Origin: a virus
Virus record (IMG/VR): IMGVR_UViG_3300023180_000042
Coordinates: 10,323-74,322 of that record
DNA: 64,000 bases
Direction: 5' to 3' (one strand)
Positions 1 through 9,110 of this stretch are shown here, one piece after another. The stretch's first letter is position 1, and every line of letters starts with the position of its first letter. The translations under genes and the position numbers were made by a program. A model generated the notes under the pieces. It made no database searches, was not told the DNA's origin, and saw only the letters and a list, made by a program, of their open reading frames with translations.

Positions 1-2
1 AA

Positions 3-665
3 GGCAAGATGTTGTCGAGTACTAGAATCAATGCGGCTGGACGATGGAGCCAAGATGCGGATTACTCTAGAGTCACATTGATGCAAAACATCGACTTCGA
101 CACTCCAAAGGCTATTTACAATCTAGCGGCTGAGGAAGCGAATTTCGGTGCTGGAGTCAGATCAGTATACTTCAAGCTTGATTTGAAAACATCGAATGAT
201 TATGTTTCACCTATCGTCGATATGCAGAGAGCATCTTTGACGCTTGCTGGATTCAAGCTTGACAATCCAACCGTAACACCAGGAATTATCTCAGTCGATG
301 AGACAAATCCGACTTCAGGAACAACGGGTTCGAAGCACATTACAACACCTGTATTCCTCGAACAAGATGCTGTAGGCATTGATGTCAGAGCGTTAGTAAA
401 TATTCCTAATGATGCTGATATCTTGTGTTACTACAGAACTGCTGGTGCAGACGAAAATATACAAGATAAGTATTGGATATATCAGGAGAAAGTTGATAAT
501 ATCCCATACGACAATTCTCAAGTATATCGAGATGCACAATGGTTGCCTGGTGGTCTAGGTGGTACTCTGAAGCCATTTAATCAAGCACAGTTTAAGTTTG
601 TGTTTGTGGGTGGCGATAGAGCACCCTCTATTAAGAACCTGAGATACAGATATCTGGCAGTGTAA
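3..665 (+). CDS. C-terminal part of a large virion structural protein (5'-truncated by window)
   Basis: Frame is open from position 3. The C-terminus (SPIVDMQRASL...SKHITTPVFL...FNQAQFKFVF...PSIKNLR) resembles the ends of large structural proteins of marine T4-like phages. Confidence 0.6.
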   Translation, partial: GKMLSSTRINAAGRWSQDADYSRVTLMQNIDFDTPKAIYNLAAEEANFGAGVRSVYFKLDLKTSNDYVSPIVDMQRASLTLAGFKLDNPTVTPGIISVDETNPTSGTTGSKHITTPVFLEQDAVGIDVRALVNIPNDADILCYYRTAGADENIQDKYWIYQEKVDNIPYDNSQVYRDAQWLPGGLGGTLKPFNQAQFKFVFVGGDRAPSIKNLRYRYLAV

Positions 666-898
666 TGAGCAGATATGTACCTGTGAAGGGGCACTCTGGC
701 TTAGTTCGTGACACATATTCCAACGCATTGATTAACACCAATGCTCAGGAGATCGAACAAGCCAGAGAGCGTAAACGCCTCCGTCAACTTGAAAAAGCCC
801 AAAAACAATCACTTGAACAAAAGGTAGAGACTATCGAAAAGGATCTGGATGAAATAAAAAGTATGTTGAAAGACTTGATCCACAATTCTTATAAATAA
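665..898 (+). CDS. Small conserved phage protein with C-terminal coiled coil
   Basis: VKGHSGLVRD..SNALIN motif followed by a heptad-like C-terminus; start overlaps the upstream stop. Confidence 0.7.
   Translation: MSRYVPVKGHSGLVRDTYSNALINTNAQEIEQARERKRLRQLEKAQKQSLEQKVETIEKDLDEIKSMLKDLIHNSYK
890..897 (+). promoter_or_regulatory. T4-type late promoter for the giant fibre cluster
   Basis: TATAAATA 33 nt upstream of ATG 931; gp55 is present in the window. Confidence 0.8.
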
Positions 899-930
899 AG
901 AATAATTGTTTTTGTGCTGTCGGAAAATTA

Positions 931-3900
931 ATGTCTTATCGTCCTCTCAAACACTTAAATGAAGGTGCGTTCAAAGAGCTACTGACTTCTGAAGAAGACT
1001 ATCTGGCTTATCGAGCGGGTGTTCATTTAAGTAAAATGACAACAAGTGATTTGTCTGCGCTTTCTACTAACGCGGCAGGCGAACTTGTTGGTACGTTTGA
1101 AGACACTTTTTATACCTCTGGTCTAGGTCCCATTCCTGGCTCGACAATTACTCGCACAATTGCGATTACTCATGCATCTGATCCTGCTGGATCAACGCAC
1201 ACTTCTACGTTTGGTGCTTTCACGCCTTTACCCACTGTTGTTTATGTGGGAGACACAATTGAACTAACAATTCAAGGCACAGCGACAAACACAGGCATTG
1301 GATTTGAAGAGATTGAATATCAGTTAGGTATTTCTGGTAGCGCGGCTATAGGAACTATTACTACGACTCCTTCGCCAGCGGCAACGAGTACGAGTGCAAA
1401 CGGTCGAGAAGTATCGTGGGAAAATTATCCTGACGGCAATCTTAGCGGTTCTTATCAAGTCACGTGGTCTATTCCGATTACCGATGATGGCGTAATCAAC
1501 TTCACACTCAACGGTACTACTACTGATTTTCAAAACAGTGTTGTAAGTTCTACCGATGCTGAAGTGCTACCTTCTGTTCGTGTAGAGCCACAGTTGAAGC
1601 CAACTACTTCGGCTACACTGTATGAATTATATCAGAACGATGCGAATGTAGCAACCATCGACAACGACAATGCTCTAAAAAGAAATCCACTCTATTGGGA
1701 TCGAACTGCAACGCCTGCTGGCTTGAAAGAAATGAGCGATGCAGAACTCGATATTGTAGTTCAAAGACTTCTTTTAAAAATCTTTGCAAACGATCTTCCC
1801 GGTCAGTATCGCCTTGCTACAGTATCTCCGGGCGCACAGTGGTCAGAGTTTATCGCAGATGTATTTGAAGACACTCGTGGTGACGGTTCACTTGTTACTT
1901 ATTCTATCTGGGTCAAAACAACCGCAACAGTTCCGACAGTAGTTAAACCTATTTCGCCTTTACGTCAACCGTTGACTAACAAGTTTCAAGGTATAAAGGA
2001 TCTTAATGATTTAGAACTTGAAATGACTTTCGGCGAACGAATGAAGCAGGTTATTCAAGACACTGGCATTGGTAAGTATCAACTTCGATCTTCTGCTGAC
2101 GGACCACCTACAGATCCAGGTACGTGGGAAGCACGTGGTAGTGCAATCGATACAAACCTAACTTACGAATCTGAAACGGCTTATATTTCAACCGATTCGT
2201 ATGATATTAACTACGCTTCGCAGTATCAAGGTTCATATGTTCCTGATTACATAGGCGAGTACATTGACACATACGAATCCAACTATCTTGGTGAATACGG
2301 CGCTACTTATACATCATCTTATACTGGCAATTACGAGGCTACGTACATCGGTACGTTTAGTGGTGATTACGCGCAGAGTTATATAGGCGATTATCTTCTT
2401 GAGTACGCTCAATCTTATGAGAGTGGTTATGAAGGTGAATATGTTCCCAATTATTCGGGTCTTACTGTTGAAGAGCAGTACACGACCATTTACGAAGCTG
2501 AGGACGCGATTGAATTTTATGCGTCAGCATACGCAGAACTTTATGGTGATCTTCCTGTAATTTATACGGGCAACTATGTTACTCAGTACGTCGAGGAAGT
2601 TTATACAGGTAACTTTACGGAACTGTATGTCGGCGATTACGTCATAGACTATAGTGGTAACTTTACAGAAAATTACATCGATGATGTCTATACAGGTAAC
2701 TATATTGACGTATACACTGGCGACTACACAGAAAATTATGAAGGCAACTTTACCGTTAACTATATTCAAACTGAATATGCCGGTAACTTTACACAGCCGT
2801 ACACTGGTGATTTTACAGCCGCATACTCTACGTCTTATGCAGTTACTTACGCACAAGAAAACTATACTGGTAACTATCAATCAGATTATGCTTCTGAATA
2901 TCAAGTGCCTTACACAGGCGACTTCTTAGCCACTTATATTCAGTTGATTTACGGTGGTAATTTCATCGAACAATACAGCGGTGACTTTACTGCAACTTAT
3001 GCGGGCAACTTTACCGAAACTTATACTCAAGCCCAATATACTGGTAACTACTTGTCACAGTACGCTGGCAACTATCAGTCTGATTATTCTGGCGATTATA
3101 TTGGAACTTATGAGCAACAGACTTACACGGGTAACTATATTTCTGATTACACGGGTAACTATCAGTCTCAGTATTCTGGTGACTTTACTGCCACTTATGC
3201 TCAAGCACAATACACAGGTGACTTCATTGTAAGTTACTCTGGTGACTTTATTGCTACATTCCAAGGACAGTATGAAGGCAATTATCAGTCTCAATACACT
3301 GGTAACTTCTTACAGGACTATACTGGTAACTTTATTCAAGGTTTTGAAGGACAATATCAAGGTAACTATCAAGTCAACTATGACGGTAATTACATTTCGG
3401 ACTATGTTACTGCTAGTTACACAGGCGACTTCTTGGCTGTTTATTCGGGCAACTTTGTAGAAACGTTCGAAGGTCAGTACACTGGTAACTATCTTTCGAC
3501 GTATGCTGGCAACTATACTTCAGATTACGTCGGCGATTTTGTTCAGACATTCCAAGGGCAATATGTCACTGTTTACGAAGAGCCGTATACCGGTAACTTT
3601 GTAAACACATTTATTTCTGCTGACTATACAGGCGATTACATCTCGCAATACGAGAGTAATTTCTTGCAAGCGTATTCTGGTAATTACGTCTCACTTTATG
3701 TGCAAGCCAACTATACTGGCAACTTCGCGGCTCAATATACTGGCGACTTTACCGCAAACTATCAAGGCGATTTTCTAACTACATTCGTTGATGCGAACTA
3801 CACTGGTAACTATGCTTCGGATTATGTTCGTGCGTCTTATACCGGTAACTTCCTAGCCACATATTCTGGCGATTTTCTTGCCTCTTATACCGGTGACTTT

Positions 3901-6900
3901 GTTACAACGTTCGTTGATGCGAACTATACTGGTAACTATGTTAGTCAATATTTGGGGACTCGGAATGTAACTTATTCGGGTAACTACATTTCGAATTACG
4001 CACAGGCGAACTATACGGGTAACTTCCTTGCAACATTCGTTGATGCAAACTACACAGGCAACTTCCTAGTAACTTATGCTGGCGACTTTACTGCTACATT
4101 CCAAGGGCAGTATCAAGGTGACTATGAGTCGGGCTATGCTGGCTCATTCGTCGCTCGATATACTGGTGACTTCTTAGGAACATTCCAGGGTCAATATGTT
4201 GGTGATTTCTTAGCCAACTATGATGGCAACTTTATTGCAAATTACGCTGGCGACTTCCTTGCTACGTTCCAAGGGCAGTATGTTGGTGACTATGTTGGTC
4301 AGTATACAAGACAAATCAACGTAGGCTATACAGGAAGCTTTCTGGCGACATTCCAGGGACAGTACACAGGTTCGTTTTCTCAAACTTATGTAGGGACTTA
4401 CACAGGCACATATGTCGGTAACTACACTGGTACATATGTCGGAAACTATGCTGGTGCTTATGTATCGGCGGCAGCCACTTATCAAGGTGGCTACGCCGGT
4501 GCTGCCGCTTGGACATCGTACTTCTTCAGTCTTAGTTCTCCTCGTTATTACTGGTATACGACACAAGCAAGATTTGCTTTTCCCGTAAACCGTTGGTTTT
4601 ATTGGAATAATTCATTTCAATCATTGGCGAGCATTGCCAATGACGGATTAGTTCCCTTTTTTAGTCGCGGTTTTGAATATGAAGCGGGTACCATACAATA
4701 TCAGACAGGATCGTCTTTAAGCACTCTCCGCAACTATTACAATATCAGACGCCGGTCAATTTTTGGTGGCTCAACATACACTGGCGGATATACCGGCGGT
4801 GGCGGCACTTATACAGGAACATATGTTGGTTCGATTCAGCAAACCTATACTGGCTCGATTCAACAGTCGTACGATGGTAATTATATTGGCTCTGTTAACA
4901 TAACATTCGTTGACGCAAACTATACTGGTGACTATCTTGGTCAGTATATACGAGCAATTAATCAAAGTTACACAAGTGTGTTCCAACAAACATTCGTTGA
5001 TGCAAACTACACTGGTAACTTTATTGTTAATTATTCAGGCGATTATGTTTCTCGTTATACGGGCAACTTCCTTGCAACGTTCGTTGATGCAAACTACTCT
5101 GGTAACTTCTTAGCGACATATACCGGCAACTATACTGGTGTATATGTTGGTAGCTTCCTTGCAACGTTTGTTGATGCAAACTATGTGGGTAACTATGTTT
5201 CGAACTATACCGGTGACTTCTTAGGAACGTTCCAGGGTCAGTACGTTGGTGATTTCTTAGCAACATTCCAAGGTCAGTATCAAGGCGATTTTATTGCGAA
5301 CTACGTTGCAACGTTCGAACAAAATTACACTGGTGACTTCCTTGCTACGTTCCAAGGCCAGTATCTGGGTAACTTTGTAACGCCTTATACTGGCAACTAT
5401 ATTTCAAATTATGCTGGCGACTTTACGGCGGCGTATACTGGAAACTATGTTGGCGATTTCTTAGCCACGTTCCAGGGACAATATCTGGGTAACTTTACTG
5501 TACAATATACCGGTAATTATCTGAGTCAATATACTTCTGATTTCTTAGCCACGTTCCAGGGACAGTATGTCGGTGATTACATTTCGAACTATAATGCAGA
5601 CTTCAATACTCAGTATCAGTCAAACTTTACGGCAACGTTCCAGGGTCAGTACATTGGTGATTTCTTAGCAACATACACTGGCACTTATGACACAATATAT
5701 GTTCAAGCCGACTACACTGGTAACTTCGTCACAACATACAGTGGTGATTATATCTCTGATTACACCGGTGACTTTACTGCCAACTTCGTTTCACAGCAAT
5801 ACACTGGTGATTATATCTCTGATTACACTGGTAACTTTGCAGTAACGTATACTGGTAATTATCTCGGCGATTACGTTTCGCGATACACTGGCGACTACGT
5901 TGGAAATTACGCCGATCAAGTGTACGGTGGTGACTTTACTCAAGTCTATACTGGCGACTTTACGAATAACTACGTTGGCGATTATATTTCTACATACGCT
6001 CAAGCAGATTATTCTGGTAACTACGTATCAAATTATCAGGGTAACTTCACGGCGCAGTTCGAAGGTCAATACGTAGGCAACTTCTTAGAAGATTATACGG
6101 GCGACTTTACAGCTATTTACTCTGGTGACTTCCTTCAAGGATTTGCTGGTCAATACGAAGGTAATTATATTACTCCGTATACCGGTGATTATATTTCAGC
6201 CTATACTGGTGATTTTCTTGCAACGTTTGAAGGTCAATATGTTGGCGATTTCATCGTACAATACACTGGTAACTTCATCGAAACTTATGAAGCAGACTTC
6301 GTACAAGATTTTGAAGGTCAGTATACTGGTAACTATCAGTCTGACTATACTGGCGATTATGTCGCAATTTATACTGGTGACTTCTTACAGATTTTCCAAG
6401 GGCAATATGTCGGCGATTACGTAAAAGCATATATCGGCAATTATCAGTCAGCCTATACGGGCGATTTCGTATCGATATTTGAAGGTCAGTACACCGGTGA
6501 TTATCTGTCTGATTACACTGGTAACTATCAAGCAAATTATTCAGGCGACTATCTGTCTAACTTCGAAGGTCAGTACACTGGTGACTTTATCGTAACATAC
6601 ACAGGCAATTACGAAGTAGACTACACGGGCGACTTTGTTGAATCATACACCCAAGATTATGAGCAAGACTACATAGAAGATTATGTTGCTCAAGAAGCAT
6701 ACGTAACGGCTTATGCTGGAAACTACACTCCAACATACGAAACAGTTTATACTGGTGATTATACTCCTGATTACGAAGGTCCATCGGGCGACTATTTAGG
6801 AACCTATCTTTCGAATTACACTGAAGAGTTGTATGCGCAAGAGTTTACGGTTGACTACATATCATTAGACTATACGAGAAATCGCGAAGAAAGTTACACT

Positions 6901-7173
6901 GGTGATTCTTATATAGAAACGTACACAACTGATTTCGAATCAAGTACTGATTACGCCACTTATTTGGGCGGTGATGATAATGAAGAATATGTAGGAACAT
7001 TTGAGGGCGCGGGAGATGCAGAAGTTTATGGTGGTTCTCCTTATGAAGGATCTAGTTACGTATCTGATTACAATCGAGTAGTTACCATCGCAGAAGCATA
7101 TTTGGATGACGCTAAATTAACATCAACACCAGTAACAATTGAGACATTTACATTATACGTACGTGTTGCTTAA
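931..7173 (+). CDS. Giant Tyr/Phe tetrad-repeat protein; putative self-complementary beta-hairpin fibre with central tip domain
   Basis: 2080 aa: ~410-aa N-terminal base, ~1640 aa with Y/F every 4th residue, and a unique central domain at aa 1194-1282. Late promoter; lies among virion genes. Confidence 0.75.
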   Translation: MSYRPLKHLNEGAFKELLTSEEDYLAYRAGVHLSKMTTSDLSALSTNAAGELVGTFEDTFYTSGLGPIPGSTITRTIAITHASDPAGSTHTSTFGAFTPLPTVVYVGDTIELTIQGTATNTGIGFEEIEYQLGISGSAAIGTITTTPSPAATSTSANGREVSWENYPDGNLSGSYQVTWSIPITDDGVINFTLNGTTTDFQNSVVSSTDAEVLPSVRVEPQLKPTTSATLYELYQNDANVATIDNDNALKRNPLYWDRTATPAGLKEMSDAELDIVVQRLLLKIFANDLPGQYRLATVSPGAQWSEFIADVFEDTRGDGSLVTYSIWVKTTATVPTVVKPISPLRQPLTNKFQGIKDLNDLELEMTFGERMKQVIQDTGIGKYQLRSSADGPPTDPGTWEARGSAIDTNLTYESETAYISTDSYDINYASQYQGSYVPDYIGEYIDTYESNYLGEYGATYTSSYTGNYEATYIGTFSGDYAQSYIGDYLLEYAQSYESGYEGEYVPNYSGLTVEEQYTTIYEAEDAIEFYASAYAELYGDLPVIYTGNYVTQYVEEVYTGNFTELYVGDYVIDYSGNFTENYIDDVYTGNYIDVYTGDYTENYEGNFTVNYIQTEYAGNFTQPYTGDFTAAYSTSYAVTYAQENYTGNYQSDYASEYQVPYTGDFLATYIQLIYGGNFIEQYSGDFTATYAGNFTETYTQAQYTGNYLSQYAGNYQSDYSGDYIGTYEQQTYTGNYISDYTGNYQSQYSGDFTATYAQAQYTGDFIVSYSGDFIATFQGQYEGNYQSQYTGNFLQDYTGNFIQGFEGQYQGNYQVNYDGNYISDYVTASYTGDFLAVYSGNFVETFEGQYTGNYLSTYAGNYTSDYVGDFVQTFQGQYVTVYEEPYTGNFVNTFISADYTGDYISQYESNFLQAYSGNYVSLYVQANYTGNFAAQYTGDFTANYQGDFLTTFVDANYTGNYASDYVRASYTGNFLATYSGDFLASYTGDFVTTFVDANYTGNYVSQYLGTRNVTYSGNYISNYAQANYTGNFLATFVDANYTGNFLVTYAGDFTATFQGQYQGDYESGYAGSFVARYTGDFLGTFQGQYVGDFLANYDGNFIANYAGDFLATFQGQYVGDYVGQYTRQINVGYTGSFLATFQGQYTGSFSQTYVGTYTGTYVGNYTGTYVGNYAGAYVSAAATYQGGYAGAAAWTSYFFSLSSPRYYWYTTQARFAFPVNRWFYWNNSFQSLASIANDGLVPFFSRGFEYEAGTIQYQTGSSLSTLRNYYNIRRRSIFGGSTYTGGYTGGGGTYTGTYVGSIQQTYTGSIQQSYDGNYIGSVNITFVDANYTGDYLGQYIRAINQSYTSVFQQTFVDANYTGNFIVNYSGDYVSRYTGNFLATFVDANYSGNFLATYTGNYTGVYVGSFLATFVDANYVGNYVSNYTGDFLGTFQGQYVGDFLATFQGQYQGDFIANYVATFEQNYTGDFLATFQGQYLGNFVTPYTGNYISNYAGDFTAAYTGNYVGDFLATFQGQYLGNFTVQYTGNYLSQYTSDFLATFQGQYVGDYISNYNADFNTQYQSNFTATFQGQYIGDFLATYTGTYDTIYVQADYTGNFVTTYSGDYISDYTGDFTANFVSQQYTGDYISDYTGNFAVTYTGNYLGDYVSRYTGDYVGNYADQVYGGDFTQVYTGDFTNNYVGDYISTYAQADYSGNYVSNYQGNFTAQFEGQYVGNFLEDYTGDFTAIYSGDFLQGFAGQYEGNYITPYTGDYISAYTGDFLATFEGQYVGDFIVQYTGNFIETYEADFVQDFEGQYTGNYQSDYTGDYVAIYTGDFLQIFQGQYVGDYVKAYIGNYQSAYTGDFVSIFEGQYTGDYLSDYTGNYQANYSGDYLSNFEGQYTGDFIVTYTGNYEVDYTGDFVESYTQDYEQDYIEDYVAQEAYVTAYAGNYTPTYETVYTGDYTPDYEGPSGDYLGTYLSNYTEELYAQEFTVDYISLDYTRNREESYTGDSYIETYTTDFESSTDYATYLGGDDNEEYVGTFEGAGDAEVYGGSPYEGSSYVSDYNRVVTIAEAYLDDAKLTSTPVTIETFTLYVRVA
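2164..7070 (+). repeat. Coding tetrad repeat array ([YF]xG[DN] alternating with [YF]xxx), punctuated by 5-aa bulges and FxGQ units
   Basis: Direct parse of the translation. DNA repeats are degenerate, with some exact copies, e.g. GATTTCTTAGCCACGTTCCAGGGACA at 5455 and 5539. Confidence 0.95.
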
Positions 7174-7188
7174 AATATGGAGTAAATT

Positions 7189-7668
7189 ATGGCAAAGTAT
7201 GAGTACTTAGATAATGCATTTTGGGAAGCAGAAGATCGCTCAATCGTAAAATGCATTAGGCTAACTACGCTTGAAGGTCAAGAAGGCAAGAAGAAAAAAG
7301 ACGTTATGGAGTTTCGCAAGATTCGTCCTGATGGCTCTGAATGCCCTCACTATAAAGAAGTGGTAACAAAAGTAGGCATTCCAAAGATTGATGAGAATAC
7401 TGCTGAACGTAAAGAAAGAAAAGAGCGTGAAGTAAGAGAAAAACGCGCTCATCACGAGCAAAAGAAAAAGACTGCTGAACTAGAGCAACTTTTCAATCTT
7501 AAGCTTCAAGCCTTTGAAATTGAAGAGATTAAAAATTCTGAAGATCGTGTATTACGTGGCAAGATTCGTAGAGCGCAAAATGTAGTAGAAATGAATGCGT
7601 TGTGTGCAGTTTTGATCGCAAAAGAATTGGGCTATTATGGAGACAAAGATGACGCAGGAGCCAACTAA
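7189..7668 (+). CDS. Basic, helical hypothetical protein; possible fibre assembly chaperone
   Basis: GGAG RBS; K/E/R-rich; immediately downstream of the giant gene. Function inferred from position only. Confidence 0.5.
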   Translation: MAKYEYLDNAFWEAEDRSIVKCIRLTTLEGQEGKKKKDVMEFRKIRPDGSECPHYKEVVTKVGIPKIDENTAERKERKEREVREKRAHHEQKKKTAELEQLFNLKLQAFEIEEIKNSEDRVLRGKIRRAQNVVEMNALCAVLIAKELGYYGDKDDAGAN

Positions 7669-8386
7669 GGGTTACGTAATCGTTGCGTCACGGCGAAGTT
7701 TCTTTTATGTGTCTGCACTTAATTTGATGGAATCAATTCGCGATTTTTATCCTGATGCAAATATCTGTCTAGTCTGTGAAGAAAAGTTTCTTGATGATCG
7801 AGGACGAAAACTCGCCAACGAAATAATTTTCTGTAACGATCACAAGCGAGCCAAACTTTGGGGCATGGCAAAGTCTCCATGGGATATTACATTCTATATT
7901 GACGCAGACACAGAAGTCGAGCATGAAGACATTGAACATGTCTTTGGCGAACTGAATGGCTATGATGTCATGTACACTGGTCTTCCCGAAGAACGTTCTT
8001 ACTGTTATGCAGAACTGAAGTTTCCTGGTGGTCAATTCGAACTGTGTGGGGCAGTGTGTCTGTATGACATGCGCAATCCATTAGTGCGCGAGTTTATGTG
8101 GGACTGGTATGATCTGACTGTTCAACAATACGCAGGCACTTGGTGGCCACAGAAAGAAGATGGAACAGAAGATACTGAATTATATCCTGCAACGTTGAAG
8201 CGTTGGGATCAATTCTCTCTTTGGTGGCTTGTAAACAAAGAGCCCAAGTATCAAGACTTGAAAGTGGGTATCTTTGAAGATGACGCCAGATGGAACTATT
8301 TTTCACGCTATAAATATGCTCACAACAAGAAGCCTGTTGTTATTAGACATTATTCTGCTTCTGAAGCGAAGCATATGGAGTTTTGA
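7649..8386 (+). CDS. GT-A fold glycosyltransferase
   Basis: N-terminal GYVIVA strand, DxD motif FYIDADT, later WDQ..L and C-terminal VIRHY motifs as in GT8-like enzymes. GGAG precedes ATG 7649. Confidence 0.75.
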   Translation: MTQEPTKGYVIVASRRSFFYVSALNLMESIRDFYPDANICLVCEEKFLDDRGRKLANEIIFCNDHKRAKLWGMAKSPWDITFYIDADTEVEHEDIEHVFGELNGYDVMYTGLPEERSYCYAELKFPGGQFELCGAVCLYDMRNPLVREFMWDWYDLTVQQYAGTWWPQKEDGTEDTELYPATLKRWDQFSLWWLVNKEPKYQDLKVGIFEDDARWNYFSRYKYAHNKKPVVIRHYSASEAKHMEF

Positions 8387-9063
8387 TGAGAGATATTCCA
8401 CTTAACGATTTTGCATTAGACATCTTAGATGATGCGCTTTGGTTCACTCAAGACAAGAACTATGAGACTGTTGTGCTAACAAAGAAAGATAAGCACACCA
8501 AAGAAGATGCTGACTGGTATACCGGCGAAGCATACTTCAAACAAATTATGGCGCAAGGTACAGGTCATAATGGATTTCCAGAAATTGTGGTATCTCATGG
8601 TTTTGGCATTGGTCAAATGCATTTCTCTAAAGAGAGAACTTCGCAGGCAAGAATTCCTGAAGTCTCTATGAAACAGGATGCGTTTTTGCAAAAAATACAA
8701 ACTACGTTCAATTTGAAACGTAATGCTCTATTTGCGGTTTATCCGCCAGGTGGTTACATTTCTTGGCACAACAATGCGAATGCTTCTGCATTCAACTGCG
8801 TCTTTACTTGGAGCGAAACCGGCGATGGTTGGTGGAAGCACTGGGATAATGAAAAGAAAGAAATGGTAACGATACCTGATAAGAAAGGCTGGCAATGTAA
8901 AGTTGGTTACTTTGGTGCGTACGAAGATCCTGCCGAAAAGCTAGTGTATCACACAGCACGAAATGGCGACACAGGTTTACGCATGACAGTTGCATTTGTG
9001 CTTGACAGATCAGAGATGGCTATAGGAATGCAAGATTGGATTATTGAAGATATTCACGCCTAA
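8386..9063 (+). CDS. 2OG-Fe(II) oxygenase-like (double-stranded beta-helix) protein
   Basis: YPPGGYISWHNN, distal VYHTA and R-x-T-VAF. HxN replaces canonical HxD. TGATG-coupled to the glycosyltransferase. Confidence 0.6.
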   Translation: MRDIPLNDFALDILDDALWFTQDKNYETVVLTKKDKHTKEDADWYTGEAYFKQIMAQGTGHNGFPEIVVSHGFGIGQMHFSKERTSQARIPEVSMKQDAFLQKIQTTFNLKRNALFAVYPPGGYISWHNNANASAFNCVFTWSETGDGWWKHWDNEKKEMVTIPDKKGWQCKVGYFGAYEDPAEKLVYHTARNGDTGLRMTVAFVLDRSEMAIGMQDWIIEDIHA

Positions 9064-9068
9064 ATTAT

Positions 9069-9076
9069 TATAAATA
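9069..9076 (+). promoter_or_regulatory. T4-type late promoter
   Basis: Intergenic TATAAATA. Confidence 0.8.
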
Positions 9077-9110
9077 GAGCCATAAGATTCATTTTTTAGG
9101 TTAGAGACTT

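Noticed and set aside
4510-4776. Diversity-generating retroelement target
   Set aside because: No reverse transcriptase and no template-repeat copy seen in the window; cannot be excluded elsewhere in the genome.
2164-7070. DNA-level inverted repeat or CRISPR array as the cause of the symmetry
   Set aside because: Both arms encode same-sense tetrads, and paired units are different motifs (bulge versus FxGQ), not reverse complements. There is no constant repeat with unique spacers and no cas gene.
2164-7070. Ice-nucleation protein or RTX repeat
   Set aside because: Lacks the AGYGSTxTA and GGxGxDxL consensus; the mirror punctuation fits a hairpin better than a solenoid.
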